This document shows positions 38,912 through 40,027 of a stretch of 40,027 bases of DNA, piece after piece; position 1 is the first letter of the stretch; every line of letters starts with the position of its first letter. Origin of the DNA: Candidatus Niyogibacteria bacterium (lineage in GTDB: Bacteria; Patescibacteriota; Minisyncoccia; HO2-45-28); the NCBI GenBank assembly GCA_016177385.1, contig JACOVJ010000054.1, forward strand, positions 1 through 40,027. The letters run 5' to 3'. The notes below the pieces were generated by a model. It saw nothing but the letters and a program-made list of their open reading frames with translations, was not told the origin of the DNA and ran no database searches. The translations under genes were made by a program, and so were the position numbers.

Positions 38912-40027
38912 TCACGCCGCGGATTCCTGTTCCGCCGGCAGTTGTTTCTCGAGCTTCCACCACTCGCGCCAGAGCCATTCGGCGAACTTCGTCACGGTCC
39001 TCCAGATCGCCATCCGCTGGATGTGCATGTCAGAGTACCGTTTTTTGCCGTCCACGACCTCGGGCGGATGTTTTGCGCGGAACTTCTTTTTGTACTCGAT
39101 GAGGCGCCCGCCCCATTCTGATTTCGGGCGCTTGAGGAACTGGTCGCCCAAAAGATACAGAGCTTGCCGCGCATCCGGACTCCAGTTGGCGACCTCGCCG
39201 CCGCGCCGGCGCGCGAAACGTCCGTCATCGAGCAGATGAACGCCGCAAAACGCTTTGAATTTTGCGGCCGACGCAAATCGCCGAATGTCGCCCACGGCTG
39301 CGATGATGCGCGCGGAAATGGCGGGTCCGCACCCCACGACCTCCGAAAGGATGTCGCGGTATACGGGAAGCGCCTCCGCCGCGTTTTCGAGTTCGTGATT
39401 CCGCGCGCGTTCCTCCTTGGCAAGCGCCGAGAGGATGAGGTCGCTCGCTTCGCGTTCTTCGAAAAGGTCTTCGATCGCCCCTTCCGGATACAGCCCATCC
39501 TCGGAACGGAAGATCTCGCCGATAAGGCGCTGGCGCAGGCGCTGTTCGCAGGCGATCCGCGCTTTCATGGCGTCGGTGCGCAGATTGAGCGCGCCGCGCA
39601 ATTGCATCAGGTCGCGGTCGCGGCGGGTGACGGGATAAAAATCATCCCGATGGTCGCGCACGAGCAGGGCGAGCGTTTCCGCGTCGGCATCCACGGAACG
39701 CCCGTCGCCGAACTCCGCTCGCCGGTTTTTGAGGATGAACGGCGGGATGCGGAACACGGCGGCATGGATCGCCTCGGTACGCTTCGACAGGGCAAAGGCG
39801 AGGTTGTCGCCCGAGCCGCCAAGAATCATACCGATGACGTCGCCCGTTCGGAAACCGTCGTAGGACGCGGGGACCATCGTTTCGGTTTCGGTCTCGGAGC
39901 CGCGTTTTTTGCGCGTTTTGATGTGGCGCGCGAAGATGACCGCGAGATCATCGCTCGGTTCGGCGACGCGGAAGCGCGTCGGAAACCGGCCGAGGACGAA
40001 ATCGAGTTCATCTTCTTCGGTCTCGAG
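38912..40027 (-). CDS. IS110-family-like recombinase (Transposase_20-type C-terminal domain); reading frame open to the window edge
   Basis: VVGCGPAISARIIAAVGDIRRFASAAKFKAFCGV...RQALYLLGDQ. The first in-frame Met is at 39877, but there is no in-frame stop between 39878 and 40027. Confidence 0.6.
   Translation of the reverse strand, partial: LETEEDELDFVLGRFPTRFRVAEPSDDLAVIFARHIKTRKKRGSETETETMVPASYDGFRTGDVIGMILGGSGDNLAFALSKRTEAIHAAVFRIPPFILKNRRAEFGDGRSVDADAETLALLVRDHRDDFYPVTRRDRDLMQLRGALNLRTDAMKARIACEQRLRQRLIGEIFRSEDGLYPEGAIEDLFEEREASDLILSALAKEERARNHELENAAEALPVYRDILSEVVGCGPAISARIIAAVGDIRRFASAAKFKAFCGVHLLDDGRFARRRGGEVANWSPDARQALYLLGDQFLKRPKSEWGGRLIEYKKKFRAKHPPEVVDGKKRYSDMHIQRMAIWRTVTKFAEWLWREWWKLEKQLPAEQESAA

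Noticed and set aside
1-40027. Alternative genetic code (UGA recoding, as in some CPR lineages)
   Set aside because: Well-recognised genes terminate cleanly at TGA (for example PGI/PMI at 13157-13159 and the transposase at 25648-25650). They have full-length products under the standard code.

Overview
40-kb window, mostly + strand and gene-dense, from a small-genome bacterium. The gene content looks CPR/Patescibacteria-like (inference only): split transketolase, archaeal-type PGI/PMI, multiple VKOR homologues, cell-surface proteins with GWIxF repeats, and an insertion-bearing Y1 (RAYT-like) transposase. The standard code fits, with TGA, TAA and TAG all used as stops. Recognisable blocks: (1) an exported-protein disulfide/redox island at 1.0-4.8 kb (DsbA-like, three VKOR paralogues with one fused to a thioredoxin domain, a CcdA/DsbD-like membrane protein, a small Cys-rich protein, a DoxX-like protein); (2) housekeeping and repair genes (GNAT, dinB, HhH-GPD glycosylase, cyclophilin, amidase, SpoU/TrmH, DipZ-like thioredoxin); (3) sugar and nucleotide metabolism (PGI/PMI, ROK kinase, guaB, gap, rpiB, rpe, transketolase N and C halves, PfkB kinase, class II aldolase, 2-hydroxyacid dehydrogenase); (4) a five-gene operon of secreted or membrane-anchored proteins at 19.4-25.5 kb, followed by an AT-rich patch carrying a Y1/RAYT transposase; (5) an AT-rich right end with a PaaX/Cas2-fold regulator-like gene, tandem repeats, an array of about 70-nt hairpin units and an IS110-like recombinase ORF that runs off the window. 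The most unusual content is non-coding. There is a GGGGAGTCC palindromic repeat family, whose long form carries paired consensus DnaA boxes. Three 160-200-nt multi-hairpin elements are closed by AGAATCC...GGATTCT stems. Several palindromes sit in frame inside otherwise ordinary genes. The dinB 3' end is present in three diverged copies around an orphan gene. At least seven genes have a -10 box exactly 6 nt upstream of the start codon. No rRNA, tRNA or bona fide CRISPR array was recognised by eye.
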